Of a stretch of DNA of 64,000 nucleotides, positions 10,746 to 23,200 are shown piece by piece. Below the pieces are notes generated by a model. That model was not told the DNA's origin and made no database searches. It saw nothing but the letters and a program-made list of their open reading frames with translations. Each line of letters starts with the position of its first letter. The first letter of the stretch is position 1. The translations under genes and the position numbers were made by a program. The DNA is from Eledone cirrhosa (lineage: Eukaryota): assembly GCA_964016885.1 (NCBI GenBank), contig OZ024740.1, positions 422,096,001 to 422,160,000 on the forward strand, in the 5' to 3' direction.

Positions 10746-11757
10746 AACCTACTACAGTCAGTAGGCATCTCTAACAAAATACACCCCCGTCCCACCACCC
10801 CCATCCCATCCACACCGCCCCCTTCTATGTAAAGTTATGTTGGCGCCACACCATCCAGGCCGAAACAAATGAGATCGTGTAGGTGTCACGACAAAAAAAC
10901 ACACAGTCCATGTCATGACAATAGCCCCAGGAGTGTCCAGCACGTTGTGAAATTTTGTGATCATCGAGTACAGGACAGAGTCGATGTAGAGATGATATGG
11001 CAAGATCTGTGTGTCAGGAAGAGAAAAAAGAAATAAACTATAAAATGACTTTGACCAGATTTATGCAGGCGTGATGCATGAGCCTGTTGCAATTTCGGTT
11101 GAGCTGCCTGTGAATTGCGTGACAAAAAGTCTAACTGGGCAGTGAAGATAACCGTAATGTTTGAACTGAATGGCCGTAAGCATGCTGCCTAAAAGTAACA
11201 GTTTGCTCCACAGCATATGACTTGAGCGAATGCATGTGGTAAAAAAAATAGCGAGGCATTCTCGAGCTATTGAGTGAATGTGTACGTGAAAAAAGAAGGC
11301 CAGTGTTTTGAGGATGCGATTTGTGAAATGCTTGATCAAAGAGAAAACATTTTGTAGTGTAAGAGTTAGAGGGACACAAATATCTATTGCTCAGTGTATG
11401 AACCAAAAGGTGAAACAAACGTGGTTTTGTAGTGTGCATGAAAAACAGGATATGTACACGCCTTGTATGTATATAAAAATTATGGCAATTACACAATCAA
11501 TGTTACAGAACAAGAAAAATAAAAAAATTTGCAAAACAAGAGAGAGAAGAAAAAAAAATGTTATACACAATGATATACACAATGTTTGTTCTTAAATAGA
11601 GTTTGTAATAAATAATGTTCTTCGGGACATGAGCACATGGTCACTAAAAATTGCAATTGTTCAAGCAGAAAGTTCATTGTATTTGAAACTGGAAATAGTA
11701 AACACAAGAAAAATGGAAATGTTTTGCACGAAGACTGATTAAGAAACTCACTTGAGG

Positions 11758-13364
11758 TTAACGGTAATTCACATATTGTGCCAACTTTGCGGGCCAATGG
11801 ACGCGTCGTCCGCTTCTCGTGACTGGAGATGAAACAGGTGGCTCGCTGGGACAGCAATCTGTTGGAGTTTCTGGTGTAGAGACTATAACAGTATCCATGA
11901 TGGCTTTTTTTAATCTGTCCACGCTGACAGAATTCTGTTTACCATCTAGATCGAGAATAAAATATTTCGGATATTTTTTTAGAACACGATAAGGGCCAGA
12001 ATATGGAGGTCGAAGATGAGCTGAGATGGTGTCGTTTCGAACGAAAACGTGTGTCCAATCTTTAATGTCTGAAGGTACGTGTGTGGCCGTGTTCTGTTGA
12101 CGGGTGCTTGCAGGAGCAAGGTGAGACATATATTGTCGAAGACGGTGTACGTATGATCCTGGGTCTGGAACATCCTGAGGAGAGATGGGAGCAACCATCT
12201 GACCAGGTAGAACCAGGGTGGTGTCCGAACCAGGTGTGTGTCCGAATTCCTCCTTAACGGTGGATCGAATGCCCAGAAGGATGAGTGGTAGGTATTCAAA
12301 CCAGTGTGTCTTGTCTGGATATGCTTTTATTGCAGCTTTAAATTGGCGATGGAATTTTCCACGAGACCATTAGCTTGCGGGTGATAAGCTGTGGTGTAGA
12401 TGTGTTTACATCCTAACAGGCGAGTCAGTTCCCTGAAGAGGTGGGAGTCAAATTGGCGTCCTCTGTCCGTTGTTATCTTCGCTGGGGCGCCATAACGTGA
12501 TACCCAGTGTAAAACCAAAGTTTTAGCGACTGCTTCCGCTGAGGTATCATTTATGGGAAAAGCCTCAGGCCAACGAGAAAATCGATCTATGCAGGTGAGC
12601 AAGTGTGTGTAGTTCTGTGATGGTGGTAGAGGTCCGACGATGTCGATATGCACATTATGAAAACGTGCATCAGGTTCCGCGAATGTGCCGAGTGAAGTTT
12701 TGATGTGTCTGTGGACTTTGGCTTTCTGGCAGGCAATGCAGCTCCTGGACCAGTCGCACACGTCCTTGTTAATGTTAGTCCACACAAAACGAGCAGAGAT
12801 GAGTTTCTGTGTAGCCCGGATTCCCGGGTGAGACAAGCAGTGTAAAGCAGAAAAAACTTGTCGACGATGCATCTGTAGTACGTACGGTCGTTCATGACCG
12901 GTAGAAAAGTCGCACCAAATTTGTCCCGGAGAAGAAGGAATGGGAACTTGCTGAAACTTGAGGGATGGCGAATCTCGGAGCTTGATAAACTCTTCGTCAG
13001 TCTCTTGGTCAGCTGCGATCTGTTGAAGGTCGATGCCTGAATGCACATGTATTGCGTTCAGCTGGATTCGGGACAGGGCGTCGGCTGCTACGTTGTCTGA
13101 TCCCTTGATATGCCGAATATCAGTTGAATATTGGGAGACAAAATCCAGGTGTCGGAGTTCTCTCGGTGAATGTCGATCAGGTTTGGTACGGAACGCATAA
13201 ACTAGTGGTTTATGGTCCGTGTAGATCAGGAAATCTGATCCTTCGAGCATGTGCCGAAAATGCTTAACCGAAAGATAGGTTGCCAAGAGTTCGCGGCCAA
13301 AGGTACTGTATTTCGTTTCTGCCGGTTGCAACCGCTTAGAAAAGAAGGATAAGGGTTGCCACAC
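11758..13364 (-). pseudogene. Gypsy pol: RNase H C-half and integrase (frameshifted)
   Basis: [25 protein letters not shown]; HHCC (LHCLSHPG...CIACQ); DDE ([21 protein letters not shown]); GPY/F module PPYSGPYRV; VTRSGRRV tail. Confidence 0.92.
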
Positions 13365-14260
13365 GGCGTCGACATGTTGTTGTAGAACGCCCCAACCCCC
13401 GTGTCTGATGCGTCCACTAGCAGCGAAAGAGGAGCGCCAGACCTGGGGAAAACGAGCATGGAAGCGTTTGCCAACATTTCCTTCAGGCGGTTAAAAGATG
13501 TTAATTCTTCCTCGTTTAGAGTGATCTCTTCGTTTTTGCGAGTCCGGTTACGAAGAAGGTCCGTGAGGAGTCTGGCTGCGTCGGAACAATGAGGGATAAA
13601 ACGCCTATACAAATTCACCAGACCGAGGAATTCACGCAGTTTCCAAAGTGATGTAGGTGCGGGAAAACTGCGGATAGCTTCTATTTTCTCGGGAAGTGGA
13701 CGAATGCCGTCTTTATTGATGATGTGCCCGAGAAAGGACAGTGAAGGGACGCCGAGAAGGCACTTGCTGGGGTTGACGATGATACCGTACTCAGCTAAAC
13801 GTTGGAAAAGGAGATCTAAGTGCTTCTCGTGTTCCTGCTCGGAAGTATTTGCTACCAGCACGTCGTCAATATACGCGTATACGAAGGGTAGATGGCGTAA
13901 CACGGTGTCAAGAAACTGATGAAAAGTTTGTGCAGCGTTGCGCAGACCGAACGGCATTCGCAGGAATTCGAATAAACCGAACGGTGTTGTGATTGCGGTC
14001 TTCGGAATGTCTGCAGGCTCCATAGGTATCTGGTTATATGCACGCACCAAATCTACCTTGGAAAAGATGCGTGCGCCTTGCAGAAAGACAGAAAAATCGT
14101 GCAGGTGAGGTACAGGGTAATTATCGGGCACTGTAGAATTGTTAAGTGCACGATAATCCCCACATGGTCGCCAATGATACACGTTTTTTTTGGGGGGAAC
14201 AAGGTGTAGGGGTGCAGACCAGTTGCTGGAGGAAGGGCGAATGATTGCGAGGTCCAGCAT
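13365..14260 (-). pseudogene. Gypsy pol: reverse transcriptase and RNase H N-terminus
   Basis: [53 protein letters not shown]. Confidence 0.95.
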
Positions 14261-14882
14261 GTGTTGGAACGCCTACTTGGCGATTCTCAATCTATCTGGA
14301 GGCAGTCTCCTTGGTCGGGCAGCTGTGGGTGGTCCCTTTGTCTCGATGTGGTGCGTGACACTATGCTTAATGGAACCATCCTTAAATACCGGGCGAGTGA
14401 TGTCTGGGTATTTCTGGAGAATCCCGTTGTACCGCGAAGGCTCTGACTGGCAAATTACAGGGCTCACTGTGGATTGCGTGGTAAATATACCTCTCACGGT
14501 GAGGTTTGTGGTGGTGTCGATAAGCCTCTGGTTCTTCATGTCCACCAGAAGGTTGAAGTGGTGGAGAAAATCGGCCCCTAGGATAGGGGTCGGCAGGTCT
14601 GCCACGACGAACACCCATTGAAAACGCCGCCTCAGGCCTAAATTAAGGGTCCAGGGATTTTTCCCCGAAAGTCGGAATTGACGATCGGTTCACTGCCTGC
14701 AGAAAGGACGGTGTTGGGTGTCTTTTGCCCGAGATCAGTGAAACCAGAATAACACTAACCTGGGCTCCTGTATCCACGAGGTAACGGATGCCTGTCGCCT
14801 GGTCGTTAATAAAAAATATACGACTTTTCTTTTCAGTACCAGGGTTGAATGTCGTCGCTAGGCCCTGGTCTGCCCGTTTCCC
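14261..14882 (-). pseudogene. Gypsy pol: aspartic protease and linker (frameshift near 14640, stop near 14273)
   Basis: YLVDTGAQVSV and PILGADFL motifs lie in two different frames. Confidence 0.88.
14820..14882 (-). promoter_or_regulatory. Putative -1 ribosomal frameshift signal (G GGA AAC + pseudoknot)
   Basis: Slippery heptamer at 14882-14876 is correctly phased between gag and pol, followed by a 6-nt spacer, stem ACCAGGG/CCCTGGT and a second pairing ACGAC/GTCGT. Confidence 0.7.
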
Positions 14883-15726
14883 TGGGTGGTATTCTGTAAA
14901 GAGCACGGGGCCCTACACTTAGATGCCCGTGCGCCGAATTCTTCGTGATACCAGCAGAGGTTGCCAGACACATAATTTTGACTGGGACTTCTCGATCTTT
15001 GACGGTGAAAGGGCCTGGACCGACTGTTGCTGCGCCGCCGGTATGTTGCAAGGTCAGGCTTTCTAATTGGTTTGAGAGGGCTTTGATTTGACCAGCCTGC
15101 TCTCTGATCATAGCCCGCAGCGCTGCAATCTCGGAGGTGGAGTCCGAGGACGCTACGTAAGGGTTCGTCCGACGATCTACCTGTGCTACTGAGGCAAAAG
15201 GGTTTGATACCTCAGCGATCTTATCTGCGACACTCGCCAGTTTCTCCGGGGTTGCTGACTCGTTAGTCGACGCCAGAATGCCCTGCATCGATAAGGGCAA
15301 GCGCTGTATGAACAACCGTTTCAGCAGATCTTCTGAGAGCGGCTGGTCCTCCATCAGCTGTCTCATCTTTCGCAATAGTTGGGACGGTTTTCTGTCCCCC
15401 AATTCTTCTGCAGACACGAGTTGGTTGAGTCGTCTCTGCTGTGACACGGTCGTGCGCTTGATCAATTCCTTGCGGAATGATTCAGATGACACCGTGCCCG
15501 GCGGTGCCATGACGAGGTCCCTCACCTCAGCCAAGACTTCTGGCGGGACAGACCCAATGATGTAGGTGAGCTTTGCGGAATCGCTCTTAATTCTGTTCGC
15601 GGTGAATTGCACTTCTATGTGAGCGAACCACAGAGTCGGGTCGTTGGACCAAAAAACGGGGGCTTTCAATGTTAACGCCGCTTGTGTGGTTGGTATCTCG
15701 GCCTCTGTCGTTTGTGACATGTCCAT
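14858..15726 (-). pseudogene. Gypsy gag with CHCC zinc knuckle (one internal frameshift)
   Basis: APVFWSNDPTLWFAHIE, LGDRKPSQLL, LFIQRLP. CWYH-x9-C-x3-C at 14903-14956 lies in a shifted frame ending at TAG 14858-14860. Confidence 0.88.
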
Positions 15727-15751
15727 GTTGATATTTTCTTAGGTGCTGTCT

Positions 15752-15783
15752 GGTTGCGCGTTCGATTCCCGTTCGGGTCACCA
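15752..15783 (-). promoter_or_regulatory. Primer-binding site, tRNA-Trp-like, extended
   Basis: The minus strand reads TGGTGACCCG 2 nt after the LTR's terminal CA. The plus strand reads GGTTGCGCGTTCGATTCCCGTTCGGGTCACCA. Confidence 0.8.
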
Positions 15784-15785
15784 AT

Positions 15786-16283
15786 TGTAGCGACGTGGTT
15801 AGTCAGTCTAGTCACTACTTCTGATCAGATCCGAGAATAGCTCTTAGAAGAACTGTTATCGCATACGGTCTGATCAGATCTGAAGATAGCCCTTAAAAGG
15901 ACTGTTGTCGCATATAGCCCTTAAAAGAACTGTTGAGGATGGACAGACGAAAGCACAAGTTGAAAGGACGAAGCAAGGCGAGATGTAAATTCGATCACCT
16001 ATTTATTTTCACATGAAGCGACGATACGAGGTACAAGGCGTGTGTGAGTGACAAAGCGTGGCAGAGGCGAGGAACAACGATACGCTAGCTGACTCTTCCA
16101 AAAGTCGACTGGTGAAGTGTTTGGAACCACTCTATTTATACAGAAATAATCGTTTGATGTTTAGCCGCTGTGTAGGCGTTTATTCTGGTAGTTTTAAGAG
16201 TTCTTTTGTTTCACGTTGAGGTAGCTAGCTAACAGGTAGATGGCGCTGTATATTTCACAGATGTTATTTCCGGTGGCTGTACA
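15786..16283 (-). repeat. 5' LTR of the Gypsy element (~498 bp)
   Basis: TGTA...TACA termini, TATAAAT near 16140 and AATAAA near 16007 on the minus strand. The outer boundary is inferred because no second LTR is present. Confidence 0.7.
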
Positions 16284-16652
16284 GGTGCATTATTCACGGG
16301 GGAGGGATTTAGTGTTGACAACAGAAACTCTGTCACATGTTCTGGTAGATTATAATCTATCTGTCTGGCGTGTTCCCCTGATCCATAGGTGATCAAGTGA
16401 TTGTCTCGCTTTTTGAAGTTTGTGTTTCAGATATATATATATACTTTAACTTTAATTATATCTCATGAAATAATACAACTGGTTTTTCCACATTATACAT
16501 AATGTTAGCACCCCAAACACTTAAATTGGGTTTATATTTAAATATAACCTAATGTTTGTTGAGTGAGATGGTTACCAGTCAGAGTTTAGCTTTAAACTAT
16601 CTCTGTTATTGTATTAAATATATATATATATATATATACATGTGGGTGTTAC

Positions 16653-16706
<54 letters not shown>

Positions 16707-16745
16707 GAGGAGGTTATATTTCACTTGAAGCATTGTGTAATGAGG

Positions 16746-17109
16746 TATAAACGTTAGAATATGTGTAATAAGGCCAAGACAATGCAGATATGGACATAGA
16801 AAAAAGAATGCAATAGTGAGAGATATTGATGAGAATTCGTCTTTCACCTTGAATTTATTTCAATGTCCTTAATTTTCGAGATAATATCTCTTCTTCGGAG
16901 GGAAGTAAAAGTCTCAGACCAGCGTCTTTAAATTTCTAATGAAGCCATGCCAAGAAGAGATATTATCTCGAAAATTAAGGACATTTAAATAAATTCAAGG
17001 TGAAAGACGAATTCTCATCAATATCTCTCACTATTGCATTCTTTTTTCTATGTCCATATCTGCATTGTCTTGGCCTTATTACACTATTACACATACTCAA
17101 ACGTTTATA
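16746..17109. repeat. Fold-back: ~150-bp inverted arms (16746-16895 and 16952-17109), 56-bp spacer
   Basis: The arms are reverse complements with a few differences; flanked by (TA)n. Confidence 0.9.
16867..16901 (-). ncRNA. Variant ultra-minimal hammerhead motif (CCGAAGA core)
   Basis: Minus strand: CCT-CCGAAGA-A-GAGAT(att)ATCTC-GAAA-ATT-A-AGG. Palindromic AATT stem III, triplet UUA, stem I only 3 bp. Confidence 0.5.
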
Positions 17110-17268
17110 TATATATATATATATATATATACATGTGGGTGGGGGTATATAGACACAGTTGTTCCTGCAGGAGAAACTTAGCTTGTAAACTACATGGTTA
17201 TTCAAGCATTTCAGAGATATGACTGTGTGTTGTTTACTGTGGTATTATTGTTCTAACCAGGAATCACA

Positions 17269-20200
17269 TAAGACAGCAGGTTTCTAGTTCAGTGTTGTTT
17301 ATAAGAGTTACTGCCTCAATATCTGCCCTAAGGTAGCAGGTTTCTAGTTCAGTGTTGTTTTGTAAGAGTTACTATCTCAATATCTGCCCTAATGTAGCAG
17401 GTTTCTAGTTCAGTGTTGTTTTGTAAGAGTTACTGTCTCAATATCTGCCCTAAGACAGCAGGTTTCTAGTTCAGTGTGGTTTTGTAAGAGTTACCTCTCA
17501 ATATCTGCCCTAAGGTAGCAGGTTTCTAGTTCAGTGTTGTTTTGTAAGAGTTACTGTCTCAATATCTGCCCTGAGGTAGCAGGTTACTAGTTCAGTGTTG
17601 TTTATAAGAGTTACTGCCTCAATATCTGCCCTAAAGTAGCAGCTTTCTAGTTCAGTGTTGTTTATAAGAGTTACTGCCTCAATATCTGCCCTAGGGTAGC
17701 AGGTTTCTAGTTCAGTGTTGTTTATAAGAGATACTGCCCCAATATCTGCCCTAAAGTAGCAGCTTTCTAGTTCAGTGTTGTTTTGTAAGAGATACTGACT
17801 CAATATCTGCCCTAAGGTAGCAGGATTCTAGTTCAGTGTTGTTTTGTAAGAGTAACTGCCTCAATCTCTGCCGTAAGGTAGCAGGTTTCTAGTTCAGTGT
17901 TGTTTTGTAAGAGATACTGCCTCAATATCTGCCCTAAAGTAGCAGGTTTCTAGTTCAGTGTTGTTTTGTAAGAGATACTGCCTCAATCTCTGCCGTAAGG
18001 TAGCAGGTTTCTAGTTCAGTGTTGTCTTGTAAGAGTTACTGCCTCAATATCTGCCCTAAAGTAGCAGGTTTCTAGTTCAGTGTTGTTTTGTAAGAGATAC
18101 TGCCTCAATATATGCCCTAAGGTAGCAGGTTTCTAGTTCAGTGTTGTTTTGTAAGAGTTACTGCTTCAATATCTGCCCTAAAGTAGCAGGTTTCTACTTC
18201 AGAGTTGTTTTGTAAGAATTACTGTCTCAATATCTGCCCTAAGGTAGCAGGTTTCTAGTTCAGTGTGGTTTTGTAAGAGTTACTGTCTCAATATCTGCCC
18301 TGAGACAGCAGGTTTCTAGTTCAGTGTTGTTTTATGAGAGTTACTGCCTCAATATCTGCCCTAAGGTAGCAGGTTTCTAGTTCAGTGTTGTTTTGTAAGA
18401 GTTACTGCATCAATATCTGCCCTAACGTAGCAGGTTTCTACTTCAGTGTTGTTTTGTAAGAGTTACTGCCTCAATATCTGCCCTAATGTAGCAGGTTTCT
18501 AGTTCAGTGTAATTTTGTAAGAGTTACTGCCTCAATATCTGCCCTAAGGTAGCAGGTTTCTAGTTCAGTGTAATTTTGTAGGAGTTACTATCTCAATATC
18601 TGCCCTAAGGTAGCAGGTTTCTAGTTCAGTGTTGTTTTGTAAGAGTTACTGCCTCATTATCTGCCCTAAGGTAGCAGGTTTCTAATTCAGTGTAATTTTC
18701 TAAGAGTTACTGCCTCAATATTTGCCCTAAGGTAGATGGTTTCTAGTTCAGTGTTATTTTGTAAGATTTACTGCCTCAATATCTGCCCTAATGTAGTAGG
18801 TTTCTAGTTCAGTGTAGTTTTGTAAGAGTTACTATCACAATATCTGCCCTAAGGTAGCAGGTTTCTAGTTCAGTGTTGTTTTGTAAGAGTTACTGTCTCA
18901 ATATCTGCCCTGAGGTAGCAGGTTACTAGTTCAGTGTTGTTTATAAGAGTTACTGCCTCAATATCTGCCCTAAAGTAGCAGCTTTCTAGTTCAGTGTTGT
19001 TTATAAGAGTTACTGCCTCAATATCTGCCCTAGGGTAGCAGGTTTCTAGTTCAGTGTTGTTTATAAGAGATACTGCCCCAATATCTGCCCTAAAGTAGCA
19101 GCTTTCTAGTTCAGTGTTGTTTTGTAAGAGTTACTGCCTCAATATCTGCCCTAAGGTAGCAGGATTATAGTTCAGTGTTGTTTTGTAAGAGTAACTGCCT
19201 CAATCTCTGCCGTAAGGTAGCAGGTTTCTAGTTCAGTGTTGTTTTGTAAGAGTTACTGCCTCAATATCTGCCCTAAAGTAGCAGGTTTCTAGTTCAGTGT
19301 TGTTTTGTAAGAGATACTGCCTCAATATATGCCCTAAGGTAGCAGGTTTCTAGTTCAGTGTTGTTTTGTAAGAGTTACTGCCTCAATATCTGCCCTGAAG
19401 TAGCAGATTTCTAGTTCAGTGTTGTTTTGTAAGAGATACTGCCTCAATATATGCCCTAAGGTAGCAGGTTTCTAGTTCAGTGTTGTTTTGAAAGAGTTAC
19501 TGCCTCAATATCTGCACTAAGGTAGCAGCTTTCTAGTTCAGTGTTGTTTTGTAAGAGTTACTGCCTCAATATCTGTCCTACGGTAGCAGATTTCTAGTTC
19601 AGTGTTGTTTATAAGAGTTACTGCCTCAATATCTGCCCTAAGATAGCAGGTTTCTAGTTCAGTGTAGTTTTGTAAGAGTGCCTCGAAATCTGCCCTAGGG
19701 TAGCAGGTTTCTAGTTCAGTGTTGTTTATAAGAGTTACTGCTCCAATATCTGCCCTAAAGTAGCAGGTTTCTAGTTCAGTGTTGTTTTGTAAGAGTTACT
19801 GCCTCAATATCTGCCCTAAGATAGCAGGTTTCTAGTTCAGTGTAGTTTTGTAAGAGTGCCTCGAAATCTGCCCTAGGGTAGCAGGTTTCTAGTTCAGTGT
19901 TGTTTATAAGAGTTACTGCTCCAATATCTGCCCTAAAGTAGCAGGTTTCTAGTTCAGTGTTGTTTTGTAAGAGTTACTGTCTCAATATCTGCCCTAAGGT
20001 AGCAGGTTTCTAGTTCAGTGTAATTTTGAAAGAATTACTGCCTCAATATCTGCACTAAGGTAGCAGGATTCTAGTTCAGTGTTGTTTTGTAAGAGTTACT
20101 GTCTCAATATCTGCCCTAAGGTAGCAGGTTTCTAGTTCAGTGTAATTTTGAAAGAATTACTGCCTCAATATCTGCACTAAGGTAGCAGGATTCTAGTTCA

Positions 20201-23200
20201 GTGTTGTTTTGTAAGAGTTACTGTCTCAATATCTGCCCTAAGGTAGCAGGTTTCTAGTTCAGTGTAATTTTGTAAGAGTTACTGCTTCAATATCTGCCCT
20301 AACGTAGCAGGTTTCTACTTCAGTGTTGTTTTGTAAGAGTTACTGCCTCAATATCTGCCCTAATGTAGCAGGTTTCTAGTTCAGTGTAATTTTGTAAGAG
20401 TTACTGCCTCAATATCTGCCCTAAGGTAGCAGGTTTCTAGTAGAGTGTTGTTTTGTAAGAGATACTGCCTCATTATCTGCCCTAAGGTAGCAGGTTTCTA
20501 ATTCAGTGTAATTTTCTAAGAGTTACTGCCTCAATATCTGCCCTAATGTAGTAGGTTTCTAGTTCAGTGTTATTTTGTAAGAGTTACTGCCTCAATATCC
20601 GCCCTAAGTTAGCAGGTTTCTAGTTCAGTGTTGTTTTGTAAGATTTACTGCCTCAATATCTGCCCTAAGTTAGCAGGTTTCTAGTTCAGTGTAGTTTTGT
20701 AAGAGTTACTGTCTCAATATCTGCCCTAAGGTAGCAGGTTTCTAGTTCAGTGTTGTTTTGTAAGAGTTACTGCCTCAATCTCTGCCGTAAGGTAGCAGGT
20801 TTCTAGTTCAGTGTTGTTTTGTAAGAGATACTGCCTCAATATCTGCCCTAAGGTAGCAGGTTTCTAGTTCAGTGTTGTTTAGAAGAGATACTGCCCCAAT
20901 ATCTGCCCTAAAGTAGCAGCTTTCTAGTTCAGTGTTGTTTTGTAAGAGTTACTGCCTCTATATCTGCCCTAAGGTAGCAGGATTCTAGTTCACTGTTGTT
21001 TTGTACGAGTAACTGCCTCAATCTCTGCCGTAAGGTAGCAGGTTTCTAGTTCAGTGTTGTTTTGTAAGAGATACTGCCTCAATATCTGCCCTAAAGTAGC
21101 AGGTTTCTAGTTCAGTGTTGTTTTGTAAGAGATACTGCCTCAATCTCTGCCGTAAGGTAGCAGGTTTCTAGTTCAGTGTTGTTTTGTAAGAGTTACTGCC
21201 TCAATATCTGCCCTAAAGTAGCAGGTTTCTAGTTCAGTGTTGTTTTGTAAGAGATACTGCCTCAATATATGCCCTAAGGTAGCAGGTTTCTAGTTCAGTG
21301 TTGTTTTGTAAGAGTTACTGCCTCAATATCTGCACTAAGGTAGCAGCTTTCTAGTTCAGTGTTGTTTTGTAAGAGTTACTGCCTCAATATCTGTCCTAAG
21401 GTAGCAGATTTCTAGTTCAGTGTTGTTTATAAGAGTTACTGCCTCAATATCTGCCCTAAGGTAGCAGGTTTCTAGTTCAGTGTTGTTTTGTAAGAGTTAC
21501 TGCCTCAATATCTGCCCTAAGATAGCAGGTTTCTCGTTCAGTGTAGTTTTGTAAGAGTGCCTCGAAATCTGCCCTAGGGTAGCAGGTTTCTAGTTCAGTG
21601 TTGTTTATAAGAGTTACTGCTCCAATATCTGCCCTAAAGTAGCAGGTTTCTAGTTCAGTGTTGTTTTATAAGAGTTACTGTCTCAATATCTGCCCTAAGG
21701 TAGCAGGTTTCTAGTTCAGTGTAATTTTGAAAGAATTACTGCCTCAATATCTGCACTAAGGTAGCAGGATCCTAGTTCAGTGTTGTTTTGTAAGAGTTAC
21801 TGTCTCAATATCTGCCCTAAGGTAGCAGGTTTCTAGTTCAGTGTAATTTTGTAAGAGTTACTGCTTCAATATCTGCCCTAAAGTAGCAGGTTTCTACTTC
21901 AGAGTTGTTTTGTAAGAGTTACTGCCTCAATATCAGCCCTAAGGTAGCAGGTTTCTAGTTCAGTGTAATTTTGTAAGAGTTACTGCCTCAATGTCTGCCC
22001 TAACGTAGCAGGTTTCTAGTTCAGTGTTGTTTTGTAAGAGTTACTGCCTCAATATCTGCCATAAGGTAGCAGGTTTCTAGTTCAGTGTTGTTTTGTAATA
22101 GTTACTGTCTCAATATCTGCCCTAAAGTAGCAGGTTTCTAGTTCAGTGTTGCTTTGTAAGAGTTACTGCCTCAATATCTGCCCTAAGGTAGCAGGTTTCT
22201 AGTTCAGTGTTGGTTTGTAAGAGTTACTGCTTCAATATCTGCCTTAAGGTAGCAGGTTTCTACTTCAGTGTTGTTGTGTAAGAGTTACTGTCACAATATC
22301 TGCCCGAAGGTAGCAGGTTTCTAGTTTAGTGTAATTTTGTAAGAGTTACTGCATCAATATCTGCCCTAAGTTATCATGTTTTTAGTTCACTGTAATTTTG
22401 TAAGAGTTACTGCCTCATTATCTGCCCTAAGGTAGCAGGTTTCTAATTCAGTGTAATTTTCTCAGAGTTACTGCCTCAATATTTGGCCTAAGTTAGCAGG
22501 TTTCTAGTTCAGTGTTGTTTTGTAAGATTTACTGCCTCAATATCTGCCCTAATGTAGTAGGTTTCTAGTTCAGTGTAGTTTTGTAAGAGTTACTATCTCA
22601 ATATCTGCCCTAAGTTAGCAGGTTTCTAGTTCAGTGTAGTTTTGTAAGAGTTTCTGTCTCAATATCTGCCCTAAGGTAGCAGGTTTCTAGTTCAGTGTTG
22701 TTTTGTAAGAGTTACTGCCTCAATATCTGCCCTAATGTAGTAGGTTTCTAGTTCAGTGTAGTTTTGTAAGAGTTACTAGCTCAATATCTGCCCTAAGTTA
22801 GCAGGTTTCTAGTTCAGTGTTGTTTTGTAAGATTTACTGCCTCAATATCTGCCCTAATGTAATAGGTTTCTAGTTCAGTGTAGTTTTGTAAGAGTTACTA
22901 TCTCAATATCTGCCCTAAGTTAGCTGTTTTCTAGTTCAGTGTTGTTTTGTAAGAGTTATCGTCTCAATATCTGCCCTAAGGTAGCAGGTTTCTAGTTCAG
23001 TGTTGTTTTGTAAGAGTTACTGCCTCAATATATGCCCTAAGGTAGCAGGTTTCTAGTTCACAGAAATTTTGTAAGAGTTACTATCTCAATATTTGCCCTA
23101 AGGTAGCAGGTTTCTAGTTCAGTGTTGTTTTGTAAGTGTTACTACCTCAATATCAGCCCTAATGTAGCAGGTTTCTGGTTCAGTGTAGTTTTGTAAGAGT

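Larger units (their letters stand above)
11758..16283 (-). mobile_element. Decayed Ty3/Gypsy LTR retrotransposon, CsRn1/Kabuki/Boudicca-like; 3' LTR missing
   Basis: Order is LTR-PBS-gag-PR-RT-RH-IN, with a CHCC gag knuckle and tRNA-Trp-type PBS. It carries several frameshifts and one premature stop. Confidence 0.92.

Noticed and set aside
11040-11600. Possible piggyBac-like transposase Cys-rich tail (ORF 11308-11595)
   Set aside because: Cys spacing is incomplete and no DDD core, TIRs or TTAA boundaries were recognised.
15752-15783. tRNA gene
   Set aside because: Only the 3' part with encoded CCA is present, at the PBS position.
17531-17803. 90-aa repetitive ORF on the minus strand of the satellite
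   Set aside because: It arises only from a short run of 60-bp monomers keeping frame; the 61-bp units break it.
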